The notes under the pieces: model-generated
Seen by the model: only the letters and a program-made list of their open reading frames with translations
Databases searched by the model: none
Told to the model about the DNA's origin: nothing
Shown here: positions 19,909 to 32,093 of the stretch, in pieces
Layout of the letters: every line of letters starts with the position of its first letter
Numbering within the stretch: position 1 is the first letter of the stretch
Made by a program: the position numbers and the translations under genes
From: an uncultured Phycisphaerales bacterium
Lineage (GTDB): Bacteria > Planctomycetota > Phycisphaerae > Sedimentisphaerales > Anaerobacaceae
Length of the DNA: 64,000 nucleotides
Direction of reading: 5' to 3'
Assembly: GCA_963772725.1 (NCBI GenBank)
Contig: CAVYYI010000001.1
Coordinates: 512,001-576,000, forward strand

Positions 19909-22053
19909 ATGCAAAGTATAAAATACCAAGTCCTGACCGATTCGCAAAGAAAAGCCGTCTTTCACGCGCAAGGCCCTCTGCTGGTTATTGCCGGCCCTGG
20001 CAGCGGTAAAACGCGAGTTATTACCTATCGTATTGCCGCTCTTATTGATTCCGGTGTCAGGCCTTACAATATCTGTGCGATAACATTCACTAATAAAGCC
20101 GCCGATGAAATGCGTCAAAGAGCGATGGGACTCGGCGCTTCAGGTGGTGCGTATATCAGCACATTTCATTCCCTTTGCGTCAGGCTTCTTCGCCAATACG
20201 CCGATAAGGCTGGGATAAATCCGAATTTCAGTATTTACGATGACTCCGACCAGTCTGCCTGCGTTAAACAGGCTATTAAAGAATGTAATCTTGATGCTTC
20301 TAATTTTTCTCCTGCCCGGATGCTTCACGCGATTTCCACGTTGAAGAACAATCTCGAAGACGTTGACTCATTCAAGATGACCGCCGAGGATTTTTTTTCC
20401 AGGGCTTTGGCCAAAGTGTACACTCGCTACCAGCAGATTCTCAGCGAGAGAAACGGCCTTGATTTCGACGATTTGCTGATGAAAACCGCATTTATGCTCC
20501 GCGATAATCCGGATGTTTGCGCTGAGATTGCGAATCGATTCAAATTTTTGCTTGTGGACGAATATCAGGACACCAATCAGGCCCAGTATAGAATCGCCAA
20601 ATCCATCGCCTCGATTCATCGCAACATCTGTGTTACAGGCGACCCTGACCAGTCCATTTACCGCTGGCGGGGGGCTGACATCCGAAATATTCTTGCCTTC
20701 GAACAGGATTGGCCCGATGCGGTTGTTGTCAAACTCGAGGAAAATTTTCGCAGCACGCCGGATATTCTCGAACTTGCCGACAATTTAATCGCGGCCAACA
20801 AAAAGCGAAAGGCCAAATCGCTAATCCCTACAAGACCTCGCGGCAGGGAGGTTGTTTTCGGAGTTTTTGAGGATGAACATCAGGAGGCCCGCGGCGTTGC
20901 GCAATATATTAAGGAGCTGGTTAAGAATGGAACCTCGCCCCGTGAAATAGCGGTGTTTTATCGCATTAATTCAATGAGCAGGGTTCTCGAAGAAGCCTTT
21001 ATAGAAAATCAGATTCCTTATCAGATTGTCCGCGGTGTCGAGTTTTACGGCAGAAAAGAAATTCGCGATATGGTCGCTTATCTCAAGGTTCTTGTTAATC
21101 CGAACGACCAGGCGGCGGTTCTGCGTATAATTAATACTCCTGCCCGCGGTATCGGCAAAACAACTACCGACAAGGTCATCGAATACGCGGAGAAAAACCG
21201 CATCACGTTTTTTGAAGCTCTGAAAAAAGCTGCGCTTATTGATTCTCTTTCTAAAGGCACGAAAGATAAACTTGCAGCCTTTGTTAATATGATGGAACAA
21301 TTCAGAAAGGGTATTGATGGCCCTGTGGGGCCTCTGGCGGAACGTGTCTTTGTTGAGTCAGGCCTCGAAAAATCCATGCAGTTTAGCGGCAATCCTGACA
21401 AAAGCGAACTGGAAAATATTAAAGAACTTATAAATGCCGCCGCCCAATACGATAAGCAAATTGAAAAACCGTCCCTGGTCGATTATCTCCAGCAAATTGC
21501 CCTTTTCAGCGATGCTGATATGTATGATGAATCAAACGAGCGGGTTGCATTGATGACCCTGCACGCCGCCAAAGGTCTTGAGTTTGAAAATGTTTTTATC
21601 GTCGGACTTGAAGATGGATTATTGCCTCACGAAAGAAGCCGCGACGATGAAGATGAAATGGAAGAGGAACGCAGGCTGTTTTTTGTCGGCATAACCCGTG
21701 CTAAGGCAGGCCTCCATATCACGTATTCCAAATATCGCAATATTCGCGGCCAATTATTGAGAGCAATGCCTTCCCAATTTCTTTTTGAGCTTAAAAAAGA
21801 CTTCGGGCCTTACCCGCAAAATTCTAAATACCATTACGATGCTGATAACCAAAGCGATTATGAGGACGAAGATGATGAAAATGAATCAGCACCGCGGTTT
21901 GTTAAAAACCAGATGGTTCATCATAAAAAATTCGGCCCCGGCAGAGTCGAACTGTTTAACGATATGGGCGAAAACAGCGTTGTTGTGGTCAAATTTAGTA
22001 CCGGACAAACCAAGACTCTTATGGTAAAATACGCCGGTCTTTCTGACGCATAA
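19909..22053 (+). CDS. pcrA: ATP-dependent DNA helicase PcrA/UvrD
   Basis: AGPGSGKT, TFTNKAA, VDEYQDTN, GDPDQSIY, HAAKGLEF, EEERRLFFVGITRA; Tudor-like C-terminus. Confidence 0.95.
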   Translation: MQSIKYQVLTDSQRKAVFHAQGPLLVIAGPGSGKTRVITYRIAALIDSGVRPYNICAITFTNKAADEMRQRAMGLGASGGAYISTFHSLCVRLLRQYADKAGINPNFSIYDDSDQSACVKQAIKECNLDASNFSPARMLHAISTLKNNLEDVDSFKMTAEDFFSRALAKVYTRYQQILSERNGLDFDDLLMKTAFMLRDNPDVCAEIANRFKFLLVDEYQDTNQAQYRIAKSIASIHRNICVTGDPDQSIYRWRGADIRNILAFEQDWPDAVVVKLEENFRSTPDILELADNLIAANKKRKAKSLIPTRPRGREVVFGVFEDEHQEARGVAQYIKELVKNGTSPREIAVFYRINSMSRVLEEAFIENQIPYQIVRGVEFYGRKEIRDMVAYLKVLVNPNDQAAVLRIINTPARGIGKTTTDKVIEYAEKNRITFFEALKKAALIDSLSKGTKDKLAAFVNMMEQFRKGIDGPVGPLAERVFVESGLEKSMQFSGNPDKSELENIKELINAAAQYDKQIEKPSLVDYLQQIALFSDADMYDESNERVALMTLHAAKGLEFENVFIVGLEDGLLPHERSRDDEDEMEEERRLFFVGITRAKAGLHITYSKYRNIRGQLLRAMPSQFLFELKKDFGPYPQNSKYHYDADNQSDYEDEDDENESAPRFVKNQMVHHKKFGPGRVELFNDMGENSVVVVKFSTGQTKTLMVKYAGLSDA

Positions 22054-22092
22054 AAGGAAAAAGCCGGGTGGGGTTACCACTCGGCCTTTATA
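22049..22092. terminator. Hairpin terminator after pcrA; duplicate of the rrn terminator at 24473-24516
   Basis: GCCGGGTGG-GGTTA-CCACTCGGC flanked by A and T runs; 42/44 identical to 24473-24516. Confidence 0.8.
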
Positions 22093-22208
22093 TGTATGAT
22101 TCACACACATCGTTTCAATAAACCTGATATTTCCTAGCAAGATTTTGCTTCGCAAAATCTTGGGATTTATCGCTTTGGGCCAACAGCATAATAGCTGTAA
22201 CTTAACTA

Positions 22209-23695
22209 GTCGTCCCTGAAAAATAATTTAACTTTTTTGTATATAAAGGCTTGCAATTTAAAAATCTGGCGCTAAATTGCAGGGAAATGATATTTATTAT
22301 TAATTTCCTTGCAAAACATGGAGGTTTTTATGCAGCCTAAACAACAAAGCAATTCCCAGTCAATGTTATTCACCTCGAAGCTGGAGCAGATACTAAACGA
22401 GCAGCATCCTTTATATAAACTGGCAAATATCATCATCTGGTCAGAGTTTGATGCCGCCTTCGGTAAACTCTATGATCCGGGCTTCGGCAGACCAGCCAAA
22501 CCCACCCGCCTTATGGCAGGACTTCATTATCTCAAAAGCGCATATAATCTCAGCGATGAGTCTGTAGTTGAGAGATGGATAGAGAATCCTTACTGGCAGT
22601 ATTTTTGCGGAGAGCAATATTTTCAGCATGAATTTCCGATTGACCCAACCAGTATGACCAAATGGCGTAACCGGATTAAGGACGCTGGTATGGAAAAGCT
22701 GCTTGAGCAGACCATAAGCGCAGGCCTTAAAACCGGCACAGTTAAACCGCATCAGTTAAAAAAGATAGTAGTCGATACAACGGTGCAGGAAAAGGCGACA
22801 GCCTTTCCGACCGATGCACGTCTTTATCATAAGATGAGAATAAAGCTTGTTAAAAAGGCACAGGATAATGACATAGAACTTAGGCAGAGTTATCAGAGGG
22901 TAGCCAAAAGGGCTTTTGTTATGCAGCACAGATTTTCACACGCCAGGCAGTTCAAAAAAGCGGATAAGCAATTAAGGAAACTAAAGACCTGTCTGGGAAG
23001 AGTTACAAGGGATATAGAGCGTAAGATATTGCAGAAGCCTCAATTGCAGCAGGAGTTTTCAGAATTGCTCGATATGTCCAGGAGGTTATTATCACAGAAA
23101 CGGGACAGCAGTAACAAGCTATACAGTATTCACGCGCCGGAGGTTAACTGCATAAGCAAGGGCAAGGCACACAAGAAGTATGAGTTTGGCTGTAAGGTGG
23201 CACTGGCGTCTCCCGCTCAAAACGCCTTTGTAGTCGCAGCGGTTGCTTTTGAAGGGAATCCATATGATGGACATACGTTAAAAGATACACTCTCCCAGAC
23301 GATGAAACTGCTGGATAAAAAAGGTTTTGAAGATGTTTATGTTGATGATGGGTACAAAGGTCATGGCTGTGGAGATATTGCGGAGGTTCATATCGTCAAA
23401 AGGGGCTGGCGAAAGCTGCCGAGAAGTATTCGAAAGTGGTACAGCAGGCGAAGTATGATTGAGCCTGTGATAGGACATTGTAAATCTGATAACGGTCTGG
23501 ACAGAAACTACCTCAAGGGCGTCGAAGGCGATAAGGTTAATGCGATATTGAGCGCTTGCGGGTTTAATATCCGCAAGTTGCTGCGGAAAATTATTTTTTG
23601 GCTTTGCCGGTTTATTCAAAATTTGTGGCTGTTGGCAGAATTTGCCCAGCTTACATATGCCGCCTGAAACTGAAATCTACTTTTTCAGGGACGAC
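22209..23695 (+). mobile_element. IS5-family insertion sequence, copy 2 (1487 bp)
   Basis: Same IRs as copy 1; flanked by TAACTA direct repeats (22203-22208, 23696-23701). Confidence 0.93.
22309..23667 (+). CDS. IS5-family DDE transposase
   Basis: Differs from 4606-5964 at 3 residues (V/I, G/W, S/L). Confidence 0.95.
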   Translation: MQNMEVFMQPKQQSNSQSMLFTSKLEQILNEQHPLYKLANIIIWSEFDAAFGKLYDPGFGRPAKPTRLMAGLHYLKSAYNLSDESVVERWIENPYWQYFCGEQYFQHEFPIDPTSMTKWRNRIKDAGMEKLLEQTISAGLKTGTVKPHQLKKIVVDTTVQEKATAFPTDARLYHKMRIKLVKKAQDNDIELRQSYQRVAKRAFVMQHRFSHARQFKKADKQLRKLKTCLGRVTRDIERKILQKPQLQQEFSELLDMSRRLLSQKRDSSNKLYSIHAPEVNCISKGKAHKKYEFGCKVALASPAQNAFVVAAVAFEGNPYDGHTLKDTLSQTMKLLDKKGFEDVYVDDGYKGHGCGDIAEVHIVKRGWRKLPRSIRKWYSRRSMIEPVIGHCKSDNGLDRNYLKGVEGDKVNAILSACGFNIRKLLRKIIFWLCRFIQNLWLLAEFAQLTYAA

Positions 23696-23821
23696 TAACT
23701 AGCCGCTTGTCGTTAAGAGTGCACCGACTAGCCAGCGATTGTTTATGAAAAACCGCAAAACAAAGCAGCAGCAGGGAGTTTTTGGGATTCGGAAGTTGAA
23801 ACTATGTCTATGAATCGCACA

Positions 23822-23873
23822 CTTTATAATTCCTGGCAATCACCTGCTCTCGCCTCGAAAGACTACCATCGGC
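23822..23873 (-). repeat. Displaced 3' fragment of a 5S rRNA gene
   Basis: 47/52 identical to 24510-24561. Confidence 0.9.
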
Positions 23874-23884
23874 TGTATCTTTTT

Positions 23885-24181
23885 TTATGATGCCAATTTA
23901 GAACGAGTTCTTATGAGCCTCTTGCTTTGTTTTTTTGTTCTGTCGCCTATACCCAACAAGAGCGTTTTGACGCAAATATCTTCATTGATTTTATCCCAGT
24001 GTAATCCGGTGCCGCCGCCGCTGATGATGTAGTTCTTACGCTGTTTAGGTGTAGCGTGTAAAAGTCGCGGGAAATATGCAAGCGGCACCGCAAGCTTTCT
24101 TCCATCCGCAAATTCAACCCACATATTATCCGCGTCAAAACTGACGCTTTGTGCCACAGGTTCAGTTGCCAAAGTACTCAT
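23885..24181 (-). CDS. DUF2442-family protein, putative antitoxin
   Basis: FADGRKLAVPLAYFPRLLHATPKQR...GLHWDKINEDI motif; overlaps the upstream DUF4160 gene. Confidence 0.85.
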   Translation of the reverse strand: MSTLATEPVAQSVSFDADNMWVEFADGRKLAVPLAYFPRLLHATPKQRKNYIISGGGTGLHWDKINEDICVKTLLLGIGDRTKKQSKRLIRTRSKLAS

Positions 24182-24407
24182 ACCATGCCCTCTTAATCAT
24201 TTTCACATTTTTTTCAACAACTTTTTGGAGTTCATTTAATTCATGGGATTTCATCCGGTAAGATTCTGCGAGGCTTATCGAAAGTTCAAGCCAGAATTTG
24301 GCTACCCTATCATCTTTTCTCACATGTATATGCAACGGTTCGGCAGGGTCTCCTTCATTTGAATAAAAGAAAAACTTGTACCCTTTATGTCGCAGTATTA
24401 CCGGCAT
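24162..24407 (-). CDS. DUF4160-family protein, putative toxin
   Basis: MPVILRHKGYKFFFYSNE...PLHIHV...AKFWL...AWYEYF pattern. Confidence 0.85.
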   Translation of the reverse strand: MPVILRHKGYKFFFYSNEGDPAEPLHIHVRKDDRVAKFWLELSISLAESYRMKSHELNELQKVVEKNVKMIKRAWYEYFGN

Positions 24408-24439
24408 ATCGCCTTTCTATTTATAACTGTTTTGATGTT

Positions 24440-24467
24440 ATTATACCAAAGCTGCAAACAATTTCAA
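24440..24467 (-). promoter_or_regulatory. Sigma70-like promoter of the TA pair
   Basis: TTGAAA-16 nt-TATAAT with extended -10 TG. Confidence 0.6.
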
Positions 24468-24472
24468 CTATC

Positions 24473-24516
24473 CATAAAAGGAAAAGGCCGAGTGGGGTTA
24501 CCACTCGGCCTTTATA
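24473..24516 (-). terminator. rrn operon intrinsic terminator
   Basis: Perfect stem AAGGCCGAGTGG / CCACTCGGCCTT followed by a U-rich tail on the minus strand, directly after 5S. Confidence 0.85.
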
Positions 24517-24517
24517 A

Positions 24518-24628
24518 TTCCTGGCAATCACCTACTCTCGCCCTAAAGGACTACCATCGGCCGGACGGGCTTAGCTTCTGAGTTCGGAAAGGGATCAGGC
24601 GTTTCCCCGTCAGTATAGTCACCAGGAA
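24518..24628 (-). rRNA. rrf: 5S rRNA (~111 nt)
   Basis: TTCCTGGTGAC...CCGAACTCAGAAGCTAAG...GCCGATGGTAGT...GCCAGGAA with paired ends. Confidence 0.96.
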
Positions 24629-24747
24629 ATTTGTTACATCAAAGACTTTGTAAGCCTTGATGATGTATTCACTTTTAAGCAAAATAGAGATGCGTCAAAA
24701 GACGCAAACTAAGAATATTAACCAACCAATCAACCAAAGATTGATAT

Positions 24748-27744
<2,997 letters not shown>

Positions 27745-27870
27745 ATATCAATCTTAGATTGATTAAGGTTGGTTAGGTTTGTCTATTCCTAAGTTTACGC
27801 TTTCAATTGTAAGAAGTTTTTCTGACGGAAAAACCAAAAAGAAAAACTTCTTCACGCATCTCTATATTTA

Positions 27871-27884
27871 CTTTTCAAAGAACA
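27871..27884 (-). promoter_or_regulatory. boxA antitermination site upstream of 23S
   Basis: TGTTCTTTGAAAAG. Confidence 0.7.
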
Positions 27885-27957
27885 CTATTAGTCGTTAGTT
27901 GATAGTCTTTAGTTCATCGAACTAATAACTAATCACCATCATCTAATGACTAATCAC

Positions 27958-28030
27958 TGGAGACGAAGGGGATCGAACCCTCAACCTCCGGCTTGCAAAG
28001 CCGGCGCTCTCCCAATTGAGCTACGTCCCC
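27958..28030 (-). tRNA. tRNA-Ala(TGC), CCA not encoded
   Basis: GGGGACGTAGCTCAATTGGGAGAGCGCCGGCTTTGCAAGCCGGAGG...GTCTCCA cloverleaf, G3:U70 pair. Confidence 0.97.
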
Positions 28031-28132
28031 GAGACCGTTCCACGGAAATCCTAAATTCTAATTCCTAAATCCTAACGTTTAGAATTTAGTATTTAGTGCT
28101 TAGGATTTCCTTTGGCTCGCCGCCAAAGGAAC

Positions 28133-28206
<74 letters not shown>

Positions 28207-28482
28207 AATTATACTGCCGATTTTCGACCGCGGATTGCCGATTGTAACAAACAAATCGAAAACCGCAAATCGACAACTCAATCGAACTCGTCTTTATACC
28301 TATATACTTTAAAAAGAGCAAACAAAAAAACCGCAGCATAAACACATGCCTGCGGCTTTAAAGTGCGGCCTAAATCGTCTGCCGCAATCTAAAGCAAAAA
28401 CTCACAAGTTATCAGAGTCTTTTTCAAATTTCTACCTGACCCTCTCCAAATAACACTAATTTCCTTTTAATCAGGTTCCGTC

Positions 28483-28511
28483 ATTGTATTATTCTTTTAA
28501 TATAGCGTCAA
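28483..28511 (-). promoter_or_regulatory. rrn promoter with AT-rich UP-like region
   Basis: TTGACG-17 nt-TACAAT; A/T tracts upstream; boxA-like TGCTCTTTTTAAAG at 28307-28320. Confidence 0.75.
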
Positions 28512-28564
28512 GTCTTTTATAAAAAAATTTTTAATTTTTTTTAATAATTTTTTTAATGCTGTTT

Positions 28565-29569
28565 TTAGCTACGGTCTATAGCTCCCAATTGTTCTCTAAC
28601 CTCTTCTAAAATAAGCTTTTTGGCGTTTTCCAGGGGGCCTGGCAGATAGGTTCCGGAAGCCATTGCATGTCCGCCGCCGCCGAATTTTTGAGTGATTTTT
28701 CGCACATCGACATTTTTTTTACTTCTCAGCGAGCATTTAATCCTGCCATCGGGTAATTCGACAAACACAGATGCAACCTCAACGGTGCTTATCCGCTGGC
28801 ACTCATCTATAAGGTTCTCGGTATCTTTTAACGCTGCCCCTGTTCGCGAGAAATCAGCGGGAACCAATTGCTGCGAGGCGTAACGCCCATCAAAATGCAG
28901 TTCAAGTGAGTCGAGCAGAGTAATCATAAGCCTGAACCGCTGGTAAGAAAAATTCTGATACATCAAATGGTAAATTTCCGGAGGTTTTATCCCCAAATCC
29001 ATCAATTCAGCGCAGCTTCTGAGCGTTCTGCTGTCAACATTAGTAAACCTGAACCAGCCTGTATCTGTCGCTATTGCCACAAATAACGCTTCGGCCGTTT
29101 TGCCTTTTATGGGCCATTTATCGCACTTAAAAAGCTCATGCACAATCAGTCCGGCAGCCGATGCCTGCACATCCAAAAGTTCTATATTGCCAAGATGGTC
29201 GCTGGTAGCGTGATGGTCAATTACCAGCACCGGCATATCATTTTGTTTGAGATAATCATAGAATTTCGGCAACTGAATGCCGCTGTTGGTATCGACGATA
29301 ATAATCAAATCCGGTTTGATAAACTGTCCTGCTTTTAGCTGTTCGAGCGTCAGGCTATCACCGAGTATGGCGGGTTTTTCAGAAAAAAGAAATTGATACC
29401 AGTCCGGCAGTTCCGAGAGCAGCAATACTTTAGCCTTTTTACCCAGAGCGGTCATCGTTTCATACATTGCCGCTACTGAACCGCACGCGTCCCCGTCCGG
29501 CCGAACGTGCGTTGTTATGAGAATATTTGTTGATTTCTCGATTAACTCTATTGCTTTTTGAAAATCCAT
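28565..29569 (-). CDS. nrnA: DHH/DHHA1 oligoribonuclease / PAP phosphatase
   Basis: HVRPDGDA, IDHH, TDTGWF, SLRS and GGGGHAMASG motifs. Confidence 0.9.
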   Translation of the reverse strand: MDFQKAIELIEKSTNILITTHVRPDGDACGSVAAMYETMTALGKKAKVLLLSELPDWYQFLFSEKPAILGDSLTLEQLKAGQFIKPDLIIIVDTNSGIQLPKFYDYLKQNDMPVLVIDHHATSDHLGNIELLDVQASAAGLIVHELFKCDKWPIKGKTAEALFVAIATDTGWFRFTNVDSRTLRSCAELMDLGIKPPEIYHLMYQNFSYQRFRLMITLLDSLELHFDGRYASQQLVPADFSRTGAALKDTENLIDECQRISTVEVASVFVELPDGRIKCSLRSKKNVDVRKITQKFGGGGHAMASGTYLPGPLENAKKLILEEVREQLGAIDRS

Positions 29570-29583
29570 ATTATTTCTCTTTG

Positions 29584-29853
29584 TTCGACACAGATTAATC
29601 CGCCTGCGGCGGAATTAACACAGTTTTTTAGACAGGATAACCCGTCCTTCGCTAAAGCTACGGCGGAAGGCAGGATTAACTTGTAGTCTTAAACGCTATA
29701 CGCTCCACGCAGTACGCTCTACGCTATCTTTACCCGCTCTACGCTATTCTTAGTGAGATTATCAATTATCTGTTCAATAATCAATTAAAAACATTGAACG
29801 CTTCCTTTTGACGGGATTACAGGATTTAATCGAAAATCGAAAATCTAAAATGG
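29584..29853. repeat. Cluster of short modular repeats (ACACAGATT, ACAGGAT, ACGCT and AAAATCG units) with REP-like hairpins
   Basis: Seen directly; reverse complements occur at 32257-32806. Confidence 0.7.
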
Positions 29854-30041
29854 CTACACCCTATTCCCTGATAAAAAACCTTGTATTCTTTGTCGGCTTA
29901 GTGATATACTGCTTTCAGCAGTCTGTGTTTGGCGTTTTATACAGACGGTATAATCATTGTTGGGTGTAAAATAAATCTGTAAGGAAATAGCGTCGTGATG
30001 CAAAATGAAATTACTTCTGGAGTTTTTTGGAGACCGAGACA

Positions 30042-31318
30042 ATGAAAAAGCTAAGCCTTCTGTTAGCTGGCATTGTATTAACAAGTCTTTCGGTCGCACA
30101 GGCTGACCAAACTCTTGTCGATTTAGTAAAAAAAGTAAAGCCCTGCGTTGTTCTTATAGAGACTTTCGACAAGGACAATAAGCCAATCGGTCAGGGAAGC
30201 GGATTCTTCATAGATAATAAAGGCATGCTTATCACAAACCATCACGTTATCGAAGGCGCTTATTCAGCTACTATTAAAACCTCAACAGGCAAAGAATATC
30301 CGGTGCAGGGTATTGTTGCCAAAGACACCGAAGCCGATATTGTCAAACTTGTAGTGAACCTGCCGGATGCCAATATAACCTTCTTAAATCTCAGCGTGAA
30401 TGTGCCTTCTGAAGGTGAAGACATTTTTGTTATAGGCAATCCTCTCGGCCTTGAATCGACCATATCAACCGGCATCGTATCGGCAGTTCGAGATATTCCC
30501 GCCTTTGGCAAAATACTACAGATAACCGCTCCGATTTCACCCGGCTCAAGCGGCAGTCCTGTCCTGAACAGCAAAGGAGAGGTGATAGGCATTGCGACAC
30601 TTGTTCTCAAAGAAGGCCAGAATCTCAATTTCGCGATTGCGTCGCACACAATTCTGCTCTTAAAAGAAACAGACAAAGTAATGAGTCTGAAAGATTACAC
30701 GATAAAAATATCTGACCCACGACAAGGATATTTCCCATTGGTACCTTGGTCGCAGTACGTATATGTTGGGCATTTCAATGAGAAAAGCTATAAAGATGTG
30801 ATTCTTTTAGTAGATATGGCTGAAGCCGAAATTGATGGGCTCTGCTTTATGGACGAAGACGATGTTCAGAAACTAATTGCAGGTAAACGAAAGTGGGACA
30901 GTGGTGGACTTTATTCGTATCGCAACATAGGCCTTGGAGTTTATCGAAGAAGTGGGATAAGGATTTACACTAGTTGTATTGATTTCATTGTGCAGTCAAA
31001 CAAGTTGGAATATATCAGAGAACAGGAGATGTTAAGTTTTCCACTGAAAGTTGGTGACCAATATAAATTTCGTCATCCCATTTTCGCACGGATGGGCAAA
31101 AAAGTTTGAAGGTAATTAGTTTTGAATCGGTAATAGTCCCTGCAGGACGATTTGAGCGGTGTGCCAAGATAGAAGTTAAAACAACTTTTACTAGTTCAGA
31201 TGAGAACCAGAAAACAGAAAATACAGATTATGCATGGTTGGCGGAAAATATTGGGCTTGTCAAACTGAAGAGAAGTACAGGTCGAATAGACGAATTGCTT
31301 TCATACAATATACCTTAG
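30042..31318 (+). CDS. Secreted trypsin-like (S1C) serine protease with C-terminal VPAGxF-type domain (apparent frameshift ~31065-31105)
   Basis: Signal peptide, GSGF, TNHHV, ISPGSSGSP; FPLKVG motif continues into ORF 31106-31318 (VIVPAGRF...WLAENIGLVK). Confidence 0.8.
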
Positions 31319-31421
31319 TAGCGGCATAGTGCGCAACTTATTAACCATGTGGTTAAATGAAAGATATCTTCAAAATAGGCTAAAGTCCATATTACAAAAT
31401 GCAAAATGAAATGTGAGTTAA

Positions 31422-31979
31422 TTGATGGCAATGTCTGACCAAGAAATGGGCAAAAAAGAAATCGAGCGAAATGACTTAACTTATTTTATTGAAGCGTATG
31501 AGTGGGTAACAGGTGAATTACTTACCGAACTTGCTTCCTGGGAGTGTCCTGACTTTATTTGTCCTCGCACGAACGAACAGAAAGTTGGTGTTGAGCTTAC
31601 TATGATTACAAGAGATCCAGAGAGTGCTGGTTGGGATCGAATTCTTGATCGTAAATATGAGGCAGATACCCAAGATACACTGGAAAGAATTTTTAGGTTG
31701 ATAGCAGATAAAGACAAAAAACGCTCTAAAAATTATGGCAACTGGGCGGATAAGACAATTTTGGTGCTTCAGCTATCCGACTGTTCACTATTGTCTCTGT
31801 GTCCACTCCTTACTAATGATATCCGAGAAGATTTTTCTGGCAACGGCTTTGTCGAGATTTGGCTTGCTGAATATACAGGAATCGAAGCGTACAGAGATAT
31901 CGAACTATTCGGACTGGCTCCAGCTAAGTGGTGGGGTTATCACCAACGTCAGAATCCTTACCGAAAACCATATGGATAA
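31422..31979 (+). CDS. Hypothetical protein, possible PD-(D/E)XK-like fold
   Basis: ECPDF...VGVELT pattern. Confidence 0.55.
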   Translation: MMAMSDQEMGKKEIERNDLTYFIEAYEWVTGELLTELASWECPDFICPRTNEQKVGVELTMITRDPESAGWDRILDRKYEADTQDTLERIFRLIADKDKKRSKNYGNWADKTILVLQLSDCSLLSLCPLLTNDIREDFSGNGFVEIWLAEYTGIEAYRDIELFGLAPAKWWGYHQRQNPYRKPYG

Positions 31980-32093
31980 TTCCAAAATTTGGGTCGATAG
32001 GTGAGCGATAACTGCTATGGCACTTCGGAGGTCAGTAATCTATTTTCGTAAGGCAAAATTATTTTTCGGACTCTTTTCAATCGACATCAGAAT

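Larger units (their letters stand above)
22093..23821. mobile_element. MITE (~236 bp once the IS5 is removed) with TGT...ACA ends, interrupted by IS5 copy 2
   Basis: 26-bp terminal IRs with 21/26 match; flanked by CTTTATA direct repeats (22086-22092, 23822-23828); no ORF of its own. Confidence 0.75.

Noticed and set aside
4578..23695. Composite transposon or inversion bounded by the two inverted IS5 copies
   Set aside because: Copy 2 has its own intact TAACTA duplication inside a reconstitutable MITE, and the enclosed DNA includes core pcrA. Independent insertions explain the pattern.
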